This document shows positions 1 through 10,241 of a stretch of DNA of 19,577 nucleotides, in pieces. This DNA is from Rotaria sordida (taxonomy: Eukaryota): the NCBI GenBank assembly GCA_905250005.1, contig CAJNOH010000428.1, positions 30,922 through 50,498 of the forward strand. The letters are read 5' to 3'. The position numbers and the translations under genes were made by a program. The notes under the pieces were generated by a model. It was not told the DNA's origin and ran no database searches. It was given only the letters and a program-made list of their open reading frames with translations. How positions within the stretch are numbered: position 1 is the stretch's first letter; every line of letters begins with the position of its first letter.

Positions 1-702
1 ACCTTCCACACCCATCCAAAAAGCTAGCCTGCATTAGAGGGCCACCTTTAGAGGAGCGATGTAAATTTCCATAATAGAAGGCCATGCACTTTTATGCTGG
101 AGGAGGGTCTAGCATTAACGAAATGTATTTTCGAGACTCTAAGTCGAACGTCTGTTGATACACAATTGCCGACTTTACCATCGACTCGTTTTTTAAGAGT
201 TTGTTGATTATAATGTGGAAGTTTTTAGATGAACATTGTGTTATTTATTTAACAACCACTGGAAAAAAAATGTCCTATTTAAGCAGAAAAATGTGAAGTA
301 CAGCTGTGTGCTTGTTGCATTTGTTGTTCAGTTAAGGTGACAACACCTCCAACCTGAGAAAAGTAGACAATCACAAACTTCGACTTGGATACGTTATCAC
401 CACATTCAACAAACTAGAGTAATGCAACAGCTAGTTCCAATTTATGTGCGTTATTGCCATACCGGTCAATCGTGAGCTCAAATTGAAGATTGAGATATGT
501 GTGAGAAAAGCTATTACAGGTGTGCAAAAATAAATGAAAAAAATCTCCTTTCTTTTCCATACATCTCTGTTTTTTTTCGAATGCTGAAAATGAAATCAAA
601 TTAGATGTGCAAACAGATGCATGCACTAATCTCTCTTCAATTGTCGATGCTTTTATCTTTCATCATGTGCCAAAAATGTAATTGAATCTAAGCAAGTGCC
701 GA

Positions 703-714
703 TAATATATATAG
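703..714 (+). promoter_or_regulatory. Possible TATA-like element upstream of the CBM1 gene
   Basis: Sequence taatatatatag about 50 bp upstream of the ATG at 764; position and composition only. Confidence 0.3.
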
Positions 715-763
715 GTTTTTGTCGTGTGAAATAGTCACATGAAAATAAAAACAACAAGAAGGA

Positions 764-1378
764 ATGAGAAACATGATTGACTCCATTTTTGCACTTGTGC
801 TCGTTTCTTTCGCTTCTCCCGTTTTGTCAGTTGGTATCCACGAGCAATGTGGTGGCGAGGGCTATACAGGTCCAACCAACTGTGACTGGCCTCTTGGATG
901 CTTTCGTCGATCTCGCTGGTTCTCATTGTGTCAAACAAGCTGTCCGGGAACCGACTGGGAATGTTCCAGTGTGGAAGGCTACTCGGGTGGTGTGGGCTTT
1001 GCACGAGCATGGGAACAGTGTGGTGGAGAAGGATGGAATGGGCCACAAATCTGCTCGGAATATTCGTGTCAATGGCGCTCTCAATGGTACGCTCAATGTC
1101 GACCTGATTGTCCTGTCGGATGGCTGTGTCAAGATGGTGGAAGCTCGTCGACACAAGAACCTACCCTTCCAACTGTGAGCTCCACTCCTTCTCCGACTAT
1201 GGTACCAACAACTGTATCAACTAGTGATTCATGCAAATGTTGTTTCGTATTAACAAGTCCCAGTTGTCAGACGCGGTCAATCAACTCATGCTCAGAATGT
1301 ACTGCTGACTGGTGTGAAAAGAATATGGGATTTTGTGCTGGAAGTATACCACCTTGCTATGCAAGATGTAATGCTTGA
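764..1378 (+). CDS. Secreted protein with two fungal-type (CBM1) cellulose-binding modules, a Thr/Ser/Pro linker and a Cys-rich C-terminus
   Basis: 204 aa ORF with ATG and TGA checked. Hydrophobic N-terminus MRNMIDSIFALVLVSFASPVLSV resembles a signal peptide. Two modules read HEQCGGEGYTGPTNC..CFRRSRWFSLCQ and WEQCGGEGWNGPQIC..CQWRSQWYAQC, matching CBM1 (QCGG-x-G-[YW]-x-GP..C..C..[YW]..QC). Linker TQEPTLPTVSSTPSPTMVPTTVSTS. No intron needed. Confidence 0.85.
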   Translation: MRNMIDSIFALVLVSFASPVLSVGIHEQCGGEGYTGPTNCDWPLGCFRRSRWFSLCQTSCPGTDWECSSVEGYSGGVGFARAWEQCGGEGWNGPQICSEYSCQWRSQWYAQCRPDCPVGWLCQDGGSSSTQEPTLPTVSSTPSPTMVPTTVSTSDSCKCCFVLTSPSCQTRSINSCSECTADWCEKNMGFCAGSIPPCYARCNA

Positions 1379-1724
1379 ATAGCAATGTGCAACGATATAT
1401 TACTGTCATCAGATTCATATTTGTGTTAACTTTGAACCGTTTTTTGTTGCATTATTGTGAACTTGTTGTTTCAATAATACACTACCAAAGATCATAGTTG
1501 CTAGTCGATTCGGCACAGAAAATGGATGGAATTACTTTCTTTGTAAAGCATTCTTGATATTTTTTCATTGAAATATATGATCATGCCAAGTAAAAGATCA
1601 GTTGTGGCTAATATTGTTGTTGAATTGTTTAAAATCATATCAAAATTTTTCATCAAGTAAACCCATAATTGTCCGTCTATCCAAAACAACTCGAATTTTG
1701 CCTGATTATTGTTGGTTGGCTTCT

Positions 1725-1784
1725 ATTAGACGGGTGTGGGTGCGGGTGAGCACTTCTGGAAATCGGCATCCACACCATCCTTGA
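1725..1784. repeat. G/T-rich-arm inverted-repeat element, copy A
   Basis: ttagacgggtgtgggtgcgggtgagcacttctggaaatcggcatccacaccatcc; arms tgtgggtgc and gcatccaca pair with one mismatch. Confidence 0.55.
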
Positions 1785-2256
1785 CAAGTTGGCTGTGTTT
1801 TTCTGCTTGTTTGTTGAAACAAGTGCTAATGATGCTCAGTCATATTGAATTCATGTGAAGGAGATAGTCAATCTAATTAGTGAGTTTCATTGATCATACA
1901 CATTAGCTGTTTTGATGCAAGCGTGTTGTTTGCATCAATCGTAGCTGAGAGATCTATGTACCTATCAGTGCAGAACAGTTGACTCAACCATTGAACTGAT
2001 TTAAGGAATTTTGTGATGTAGTCTATCAAGTTCAGTCAATAATCTTACTTCAGACAAGTGAGCGAAAATATAAATAATTATTCGACAGTAGCTATGGAGG
2101 CAACATGCTGCTACACTGAGTTGCTTCACTGGCTTTTGGGTTTCTTTTAGAGCAGATAAGCATCATTTACATGTTACATATTGCATTTTCTACACCTCTT
2201 AATTAGTTAATGAATCTAAAGGATAATAATGAGAAAACACAGAAGCTGAATATGAA

Positions 2257-2337
2257 TAGGATGTGGGTCTGAATGTCCGTGGATGTGAGTGCGGATATCG
2301 GTGTTACTTTCCCTCAGACCCACATCCATATCCTTAG
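2257..2337. repeat. G/T-rich-arm inverted-repeat element, copy B
   Basis: Perfect 14 bp inverted arms ggatgtgggtctga (2259-2272) and tcagacccacatcc (2314-2327), followed by atatccttagt. Confidence 0.7.
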
Positions 2338-2462
2338 TGTCAATCAAAAAAGAAACTGTCTGATCGTAGATTAGACTAGGGTGGACATTTTACCTTAATT
2401 TAATACTAAATTAAATTTTTTTCCTCGACATTGAATTATTTAATATTAAATTAAATTTTTAT

Positions 2463-2595
2463 TTAACACTTAATTCACTTAGAATCAAGTGTTTAAGTAA
2501 TTGACGTGATAGATATAACATTTTAATAATAGACTATTATCAGATTATTATATCTATCACGTCAATCACTAAATTTTAAGTAAATTAAATGTTAA
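2463..2595. repeat. AT-rich foldback / MITE-like palindromic element
   Basis: Perfect 19 bp inner arms attgacgtgatagatataa (2500-2518) and ttatatctatcacgtcaat (2548-2566). Imperfect outer arms ttaacacttaattcactta (2463-2481) versus taagtaaattaaatgttaa (2577-2595). Confidence 0.7.
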
Positions 2596-3792
2596 GCGAA
2601 GTCACTTAAGGGTCTCTTCCCTTAGAAAATCGAATTTTTCAAGAAAATATCAAAGTTGAGTTTTTATCACAGGAAGATGCAGTGAAGTCTCCTCTTTCAG
2701 CATATATATAGTTTTTTGGAAAATGAACAGATTTTCAAAGACTTACCACATAAAACTTTGACTCTACTACCATATTTTTGAAGAATTTTTCGTAGTTTTT
2801 AAAGTTTTTCGGTTTCAGAAAACTGGGTTGCCACTTGCATTATCATTGAATGGAACATTTTTATATTAACCAACGTGTCAGATGGCGTTAGCTATCTTCA
2901 TCTATTACGTACTCTAAAATGGTCCACTGGAATATATTAAAAAATCCCATGGTAATATGATTTGTTCTGGATTTGAATGAAAAAATCTATTTCTAAAATT
3001 TCCTTAGCTTTTTTCTCAGAACATAGTTTCCAATCAGAAAAATTGGAACTATTCCCTCCTGTCTTGAGCTATAACCAATAATGTTGTTTTTGTTTTAAAG
3101 ATCTCAATGAGATTAAATTTTTATCCGAACGGATTTTTTAAAGTTAGTCCTTGAGCTGAGAAAAGTGAGATTTAGCGATATTAGTCTATCGAGGAAAAAA
3201 ATATTCGAACATCTATTAATTAGTGTTACACAACTTCACTCAAATACATTTCTTGTTTACGATTGGAAACCAACTTGATCAATTCAATTGAGAATTGAAT
3301 ATGTAGTTGAATGAAAGAGATCAGTTTATCTTGATTGAAATTATTGTTTCTCAATCAAATCGTTGAATCTTTTTTGACTCGCTCCTCAACAAGCGACATC
3401 GATTTTCTACATTAAAGAGAAGCAAATTGATGGTTTTTTGATAATTTGATGACAGTCGTAAATAGAGTCTTAATAGCAAACTAATAAATTTTTCTTTCAA
3501 AATGTTATCTCTTGATCTATCAGCATATGGAGATCTGTCACATGAGAGCCTTTGCTTTGTGAATGCACATCTGATTACTTTGATATCAGTCCATAAAAAA
3601 AGAATATACTTTTAAGTTATTGGCTATGGCGTCGTAACGACTTTTTGCGAAGGAATATTTTCTTGTTGAATCAATCCAACATTATTTGACATTGCAGCAT
3701 CAAGGTACGCGAACGATTCGACGCTGATAAGAAAATAATGACACTTGGCAATATGATCATCGAATATTTTATTACTTAAATATCGTAATATC

Positions 3793-6082
3793 ATGAATCA
3801 CGAGTCCGTATATATTCAAAGAAATCTTGAATCATTTTGTGCCGTATGGCTATCTGATAATATGAATAACAATACCGATACGAAAAATACAATGATTCAA
3901 TCGAAGCTCCAAAACATTATCAACCATTTGACAATATTTCAGAACAAACATGAATGTATCAACTATATTCGAGCCGTTAAAATGGAACATGTAGTTTTGA
4001 TTATCTCGAACGCTTATGAATCAGAAGTTCTCGTACACATTCATGATTGGTCTCAGTTGATCGCTGTTTACATCTTGTTGAATGAGGATACGATGGAAGC
4101 ACAAATTGCAAATAAATATAAAAAAGTAAGCAGAATTGCACAAGTAGTATTGTTTGGTCTATTTCACATTATAAACTTTCCTGCTTTCGATATTCATTCT
4201 ATAACGATAGATATTACAATAAAGAATGAGATGTGTTCGTGTCATAGTTTTCGTCTAATTTTCCATAGGTCATTGGTGTGTTTAATGATGCATCGGATCT
4301 TATTGAACGAATAAATCAAGATCAAATCGTTCGAGAAAGAATGTTCGAAAATAGATTAGCAAGCCCATCAATGACATTTTACGATCGTTCAGAACAATCG
4401 TCACTTTTATTGAATGGTTCTTTCATGTATTTTCAACTCTTCATTAAGCTGCTCTTGGAAATGAAACCATTCGATGATGCGAAGAAAGATATGTTAAATA
4501 CATGCAAACATATCTACTCGGAAAATCCTTGCATTCGAGACATTTTAAACGAGTTTGATCGCGACTACACACCATCAAAAGCAGTATTCTGGTATACGAG
4601 CCCAACTTGCTTCTATCGGATCATTAACAAGGCATTGCGTCTACACGATGCTGAAACAATGTTCTTGTGTGGTTTTTTCATTCATGATTTGTATCAACAA
4701 TTAAAAGAAGAGCAAGTCAAATTTGTGACGAAACTCAGTAGTACTGATTTCTTGCATGTCTATCGTGGTCAGTTACTAGGTATTGAGGAACTTAGTCGAA
4801 TAATAGAACATGTTGGGGAATTGCTATCGATGAATTCATTTTTATCAACGTCAACAAACGAAAACATTGCTTTGATGTTCACAACACCAATGGCATCAGT
4901 GTACCGATGGTACTGTACCAGTTCTATTTCGAATCAAAATTGATGTTCGCGTGAAAACATCGCCGTACGCAGATATTAGACATTTGAGTCACTTTACTGA
5001 CGAGAACGAAATTCTGATTATGGCTGGAACTATTTTCAAAATTGAATCAATCATTTGGGATAGTGCAAACAAGATTTGGAGAACAGATTTTGTCTATGTG
5101 TAGCAACGATGATCATGAACTCCATGTAGAATTCAATTATTGTAAACAAAATCATCTATCAAACGATCGCAGTACTCTTGTTTGCCTTGGCATCCTTTCA
5201 AGAGATCTAGGCCAAATTGATGCAGCCGAAATGTTCTTCAAGAAACAGTTAAATATCGATTCGAATAATACTTTGGCTCTTTCTGGATTAGGATATGTTG
5301 CCAAAGAAAAAGGTCTCACTCATCTCGAATTAGACTATTTCCAACCTGCTCTTCAACTCGATCTTGAACGATTTCCTAATAGTCCAAAAGTTGCTAAGGA
5401 CTGTATGGATCTTGGAAATTGTTTCAGAGATCAAAACGATTATTGTCATGCTTTGCAATATTATCAAACATCACTGAGTCTCTATCTGAAGATTTACGGT
5501 GAAGAAGAACATGAAGAGATTGCTGATCTTTACAAAGCCATGGGTTTATTATATAGGTCGATGAAAGATTATCAAACATCTTTTGATTATCAACAAAAAT
5601 CTCTTGCTATAGCGTTAAAGACTTTACCTGTAAATCATCCTTATGTAGCAGATATATACACCGCTGTTGGTTGGTCTTATTATGACTTTGAAGATTACCA
5701 TCAAGCGCTAGAATATTTTCAAAGAGCATACATAATTACAATGAAATCAACACCACCGGATAGTTTTCGAATGGCCTCAATGTATCATAATCTAGGTCAC
5801 ATCTATTTCAAATTAGAAAACATAGGACAAGCAATATTGAACTATCGAAAAGCGATTGCTATTGAAACAAATGTTGTGTCACCGATGAATTCCATACAAG
5901 CACATACACATTATGAACTTGCCATGGTACATGAATATAACAGGCAATATTCGGAAGCACTTGACAATTATTTTCACTCTGTAGAAAAGTTTCACAGCTC
6001 GAATACTGACGATCAGTCCATCAAAGCAGAAGAAGGCCTTCGTCGAATGAAAATTCTGTTAGAACACTTAGACTCGTCATAG
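3793..6082 (+). CDS. ADP-ribosyltransferase (R-S-ExE type) fused to TPR repeats; one intron (4126-4268) and two apparent frame shifts, so possibly a pseudogene
   Basis: Exon 1 is 3793-4125 (NLESFCAVWLSD..KYKK). The GTAAGC..ATAG intron of 143 bp is phase 0. Exon 2 starts at 4269 (VIGVFNDASDLIERINQDQ..VYRGQ..SMNSFLSTS). Reading continues in another frame at about 4906-5094 (DGTVPVLFRIKIDVRV..LSHFTDENEILIMAGTIFKIESI), then in a third frame at 5096-6082 (MCSNDDHELHVEFNY.. plus TPRs). Motifs R (VYRG), STS (SFLSTS) and ExE (ENE) are present. Confidence 0.75.
5150..6060 (+). other. Tandem tetratricopeptide (TPR) repeat region, roughly 6-7 repeats
   Basis: Repeated patterns such as AKDCMDLGNCFRDQNDYCHALQYYQTSLSLYLKIYG, ADLYKAMGLLYRSMKDYQTSFDYQQKSLAIALK, ADIYTAVGWSYYDFEDYHQALEYFQRAYIIT, ASMYHNLGHIYFKLENIGQAILNYRKAIAIE. 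Confidence 0.85.
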
Positions 6083-6440
6083 TCGATTTTGCCGCTATAT
6101 TTTTATCGACTCAGTAGTGTGAAGTAAAGATATATGATTCATCTTAAGCTTTGATTCAATGCAGTAGAAATTTTTTTCTTATGCAATGCCAATTGTTGAT
6201 ATAGATCTTAGATTCTGGAAAAAAACAATCATTAGAATGTTTTTTTGGAATGGAGATTGCCTGATTTTAATCAAAAATCAGAAAACAATATATCATAGAG
6301 ACCGAATCTCCGTCAGTGAGTTTTGATTTTTAATAAAATTTTTCAGATCATGATATTTATCTTTTCCAAATCCATAACCTCAAAGCATGTCAAATTCTAC
6401 CAAGTTTGAAATTGGCGTCTAGCATCCCGAATCATACATT

Positions 6441-6498
6441 TTGGGTGTGAGTGTGGGTGCGGCGAAGAGAACTAATCTACGCCTGCACCCTCCTTAGT
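6441..6498. repeat. G/T-rich-arm inverted-repeat element, copy C
   Basis: ttgggtgtgagtgtgggtgcggcgaagagaactaatctacgcctgcaccctccttagt. Confidence 0.5.
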
Positions 6499-7699
6499 TT
6501 TCGACTATCGAATTGTAGACATTTTTCAGATTGTCCCAAGAAGAAGTTTTTAGATGTGAAATGCATTTATAGTCTTGTATGTAAAAAAAAATGCTTGGTT
6601 TCGTCCTCTTTTTTTTTACAAGACGATGGCAATCTCATCATATTTCATAGATTAATCTGTTAGGAATTATGTAAAACAATTTAGTATTTTCACTAGAGTA
6701 CTGCGAATACCAACGGACAATTTTCGTTAACATAGTATTGATTATGAGTTCTCATTGGCAAAATGACATTGTGATTTTAATGATCACAAAAAACAGATCG
6801 TAGGGCTTGTCTTTCTAGTAGCAACTGAAAATGTATTTTTAAAAGTATTATCGAAAAAATCCACGGAGATTTATCCAGAAAAACGTCCAATCTATTTTCG
6901 AATTTTCTTTCAATGAGTTTGAAGAGAAGTCAAAAATCTTCATGTGAAGAGTCCTTTATTCCAATATATCCAACATAGCCAGTTAAATCTGAAGAATACA
7001 TTTGGCGGATTCAGCTGAAAATTCTATATCGAAAGAAAGACACATATGTTTAAATTAATAATCTGAGAAGATTCTAATTACAATTCGATTGATCACCAGA
7101 GAATATATCATACTAAAGCTCAATCATTCAAGTGACTGGAAAACCACATGATACAGGATTGAAAATGAATAAACATGAGTTATACTTCACTGTACAAGTT
7201 CATTTCATTTGAAACAATCAATATGTTTGTGTTACTCAATGTTTAGCAAGTATTTTGTTTTCAGCTACGACAATTCTGATTTCTCGTCTCATCGTCTCTT
7301 AAAAATTACAAGTGGAACCAGACAAAAAAAATAAATGCGATGATGATAGTAATTGCTGTAAAACTAGCTAAATAAATTGTCGTTGACACAAAAATTAGAC
7401 AACTTTTAGTGTTCAGTAGACATTCTGAAAATGCAATGTCAGCCAACATTCTGATTTTCTAGTGAGTCGGGTGATGGTGCTCAAGTTCAAGCCTGTAAGA
7501 AAAAAGTATTTGACGATAGGCGACTGGTAATAAGTCAAGGTGTTCATTTTTTCTGCCAATTTTGTCTTTTGATATTATATACTAACGTTTTGCATGTGTG
7601 TTTTTGATACGATTACGTGTACTTTTCGATGTAAATTCTTGTATAGACAGCAAAACAAAATGATAATACTTAAAATTGAAAATTGTTTCTTCAAATTAA

Positions 7700-7763
7700 T
7701 TGGTGGGTATGGGTGCCGGTATCGATTAAAGAAGAACTGCATCCGCACTCACACCCATAACCT
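7700..7763. repeat. G/T-rich-arm inverted-repeat element, copy D
   Basis: ttggtgggtatgggtgccggtatcgattaaagaagaactgcatccgcactcacacccataacc; gggtatgggtg pairs with cactcacacccataacc, imperfectly. Confidence 0.55.
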
Positions 7764-9220
7764 CAAACTAAACGAAATATTTGCGTTAGAATAACAATAG
7801 AATCGTCTTTATGGAATCCATCAAATACAGATACTATTGAATTCATATCTCTTTCTCGTAAGTCATAACTGCTGCAGTTAATGAAACCATTTCACAAAGT
7901 AGACTGCGGATCAGTGCTCGACGTTGGTCAATTTTTCGTAGTTCGACCCAAGTCGGACACTGCTGTGGATGTGACTGTGGATTGGTGTTGTTTTTATTCA
8001 CATCCACTTCCACACTCTGAACATTATTTGTTAACTTCTTTTATAAAAATAAAAACTTTGAACACTTCTCTACCATCACACAAAAAAAAACATAGATCTG
8101 AATCAGGATCTTTTGTGTATCTATACTCATGCTCATATCTCACAAGCGAAGGAAATAGATCGAACATACGTGCAATTAAGTCTTCAATTACAGTAGTTGT
8201 CAATTATTTGCTATTACGCCTAGTCTTTTTTTCTTTGTTGATAAAAGGGAATCATTTTTCCTAATTCTTGTCTATAAAGTTGAGAGCATGAGTTAAATAA
8301 ATAGAAAAAAAGATGAAACACAATTTAATGGAAATATCCAATTGGTGACGATAGAATGAAAGTCGCTCTCTTTTGACTCATACTTTTGTGTTATTACTCA
8401 ATCAAATAAAAATTACAATTTCATATTGACGTTTTTCTTTTCAATTTATTATTTTCATTTTTTGTGTACAAAATAGTGGAATTTTCAGATTTTGGCTGAC
8501 TTATTTTCTAGAATGTTGAAGCCATGTACACAATAAAATGCTGTATAAATAATGATCAAATAACTTATGATATGACATATTCTAGTTAAATCAAAGCATT
8601 TTACTTTATATACAAATGTTGTTATAACGGTAAATTGACATTAGTGAAATACCTTTATAATCATTTACTGTGTCTTAAAACATCATAGAATTTTGTCGCT
8701 GTAACACGTATGAATCTCAAAATAAGTCAATTTATAAATCAAGAAAAAGAATTGCAAGTTGTAGTAAAGAAATTTTCATTCAAGTTCAACTTCAATATAT
8801 TTTACTTTAGCCGACCAGCTATAGATTTTTCCTAATTGAAGCTAATCAAACTGTAGTTTTTAATGATTCACATATGTTAAACTTCAAAGTAAATACGAGT
8901 AACTGTCAATAATTGCAATATTGATAAAAAATACTTACCGATTAGTCATCAAGCGACATTTATTTGCTTTTCTAGATAACTTTTCATTGGTCTCTAATTG
9001 CCACATCATCCGTAATTGAGTCATAAAACAAACGTTGTCATTGACGTTAGGATTTATGATAAACGAGTGTTCGAGTATTCTTATGTATATATACATATGT
9101 ACATGTAGTGTCCTTTATATTCAATCTTTATTTTTTTTTAATAATTTTACTTAGATTCTCATCATTTTTTTTTATTGAAGAAGAATTTCGAAACAAAGAA
9201 AAAAATTTCGAATTGAAACA

Positions 9221-10241
9221 ATGAAATTATTGGCAATATTTGTTTTATATAAGGAAGACGATGGAAAAGTAAAAGTACTTCAAGATGAATTTAACCTGGG
9301 AAGTTTTGGTTATTTTGAACGTTATTAGTAAGGCTAATTTCAGTATGAATTAGTTTCATTTGACATCACACGTTTTTTTGCTTGTTTAAGTGTAAAACAA
9401 TTACTTGTCTTTTCAGCAAGAACAATTACTGAACGTACAGCTTTATGTACAAGACAGTCTGTCGAAGCTGATCTAAATGTTAATGGTAAGAAAAAAAAGA
9501 AATTAAATATTTTTTTATAATTTCATTTGGAATTATTGTTTTTTTTTTATAGGCATAGTTCATGTTTATGTTCGTCCGGATGGTCTAGCATCAGTTATTA
9601 TTTCTGATAGTGAATATCCACAACGAGTTGCACATATTCTTCTGAGTAAAGTAAGTATTCATTTTTCATATATTTTGTTTCTTATTAGTTCTTTTTTTTT
9701 TTCTTTAACTTAAGGTTATGAATGATTTTACTACTAGATATCCATCCGCTTCATGGGTAAATATGAAAGAACAGTAAGTTAAATTCATGTCTTAAAAAAA
9801 AAGAAAATAATATCTATATTTGTCTTATATTAGAACGGGTAAATTGGCATCACTAAGTGAGTCTTTCAAGAAATATCAGGTCAGCTTTTTACATATGGCA
9901 ATAAATAAATGTTTATTTAATTTAAATTTAGAATCCACAAGAAGCTGATCCATTAATGCGTCTTGAAAAAGATCTTGATGATACCAAAGATATTCTTGTA
10001 AGTTTTGTTTTCATTTAAAATAGTTTAATAAGAAAATGTTCTGTCTTTCATTTGTAGATAAAAACAATGATTAATGTACTTGATCGAGGTGAAAATCTTG
10101 ATGATTTATTTGCACGCTCACATGATTTAAGTTCTGCGACCAAAGAATTTGCTAAGACGGTACGAAGATATTCTTGATTTATTTATATTATTTTTGATTT
10201 TTTAGGCAAGAAGAAAAAATCAATGTTGTACTTTATTCTAA
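9221..10241 (+). CDS. YKT6: YKT6-like longin-domain R-SNARE
   Basis: Eight exons: 9221-9327, 9391-9485, 9553-9650, 9715-9773, 9834-9879, 9932-9997, 10058-10159, 10206-10241 (609 nt, 202 aa). All introns are GT-AG, 46-67 bp, with consistent phases. Product MKLLAIFVLYKEDDGKVKVLQDEFNLGSFGYFERYYVKQLLVFSARTITERT..GIVHVYVRPDGLASVIISDSEYPQRVAHILLSK..NPQEADPLMRLEKDLDDTKDILIKTMINVLDRGENLDDLFARSHDLSSATKEFAKTARRKNQCCTLF matches YKT6 throughout. Confidence 0.93.

Noticed and set aside
735-1154. 139 aa minus-strand ORF
   Set aside because: Antisense to the CBM1 gene, whose motifs are unmistakable; the antisense product has no recognisable family.
777-1178. 133 aa plus-strand ORF overlapping the CBM1 gene in another frame
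   Set aside because: Shadow ORF; the alternate frame carries the CBM1 repeats.
4890-4925. A tiny GT-AG intron explaining the first ART frame shift
   Set aside because: Candidates are only about 21-23 bp, do not restore the required frame, and are far shorter than other introns here.
7594-8264. Plus-strand ORFs of 66 and 127 aa
   Set aside because: Low-complexity, Phe/Ser/Lys-rich translations typical of AT-rich noncoding DNA, and one runs through inverted-repeat copy D.
9080-9107. tatgtatatatacatatgtacatgtag palindrome-like tract
   Set aside because: Simple AT/TATG low-complexity sequence; self-complementarity expected by composition.
9321-9418. Alternative YKT6 exon 1/2 junctions (donor gttatt, acceptor ttttcag before 9417)
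   Set aside because: These would drop the conserved VKQLLVFSARTI stretch or create stops. The 9328-9390 intron restores the full longin sequence in phase.
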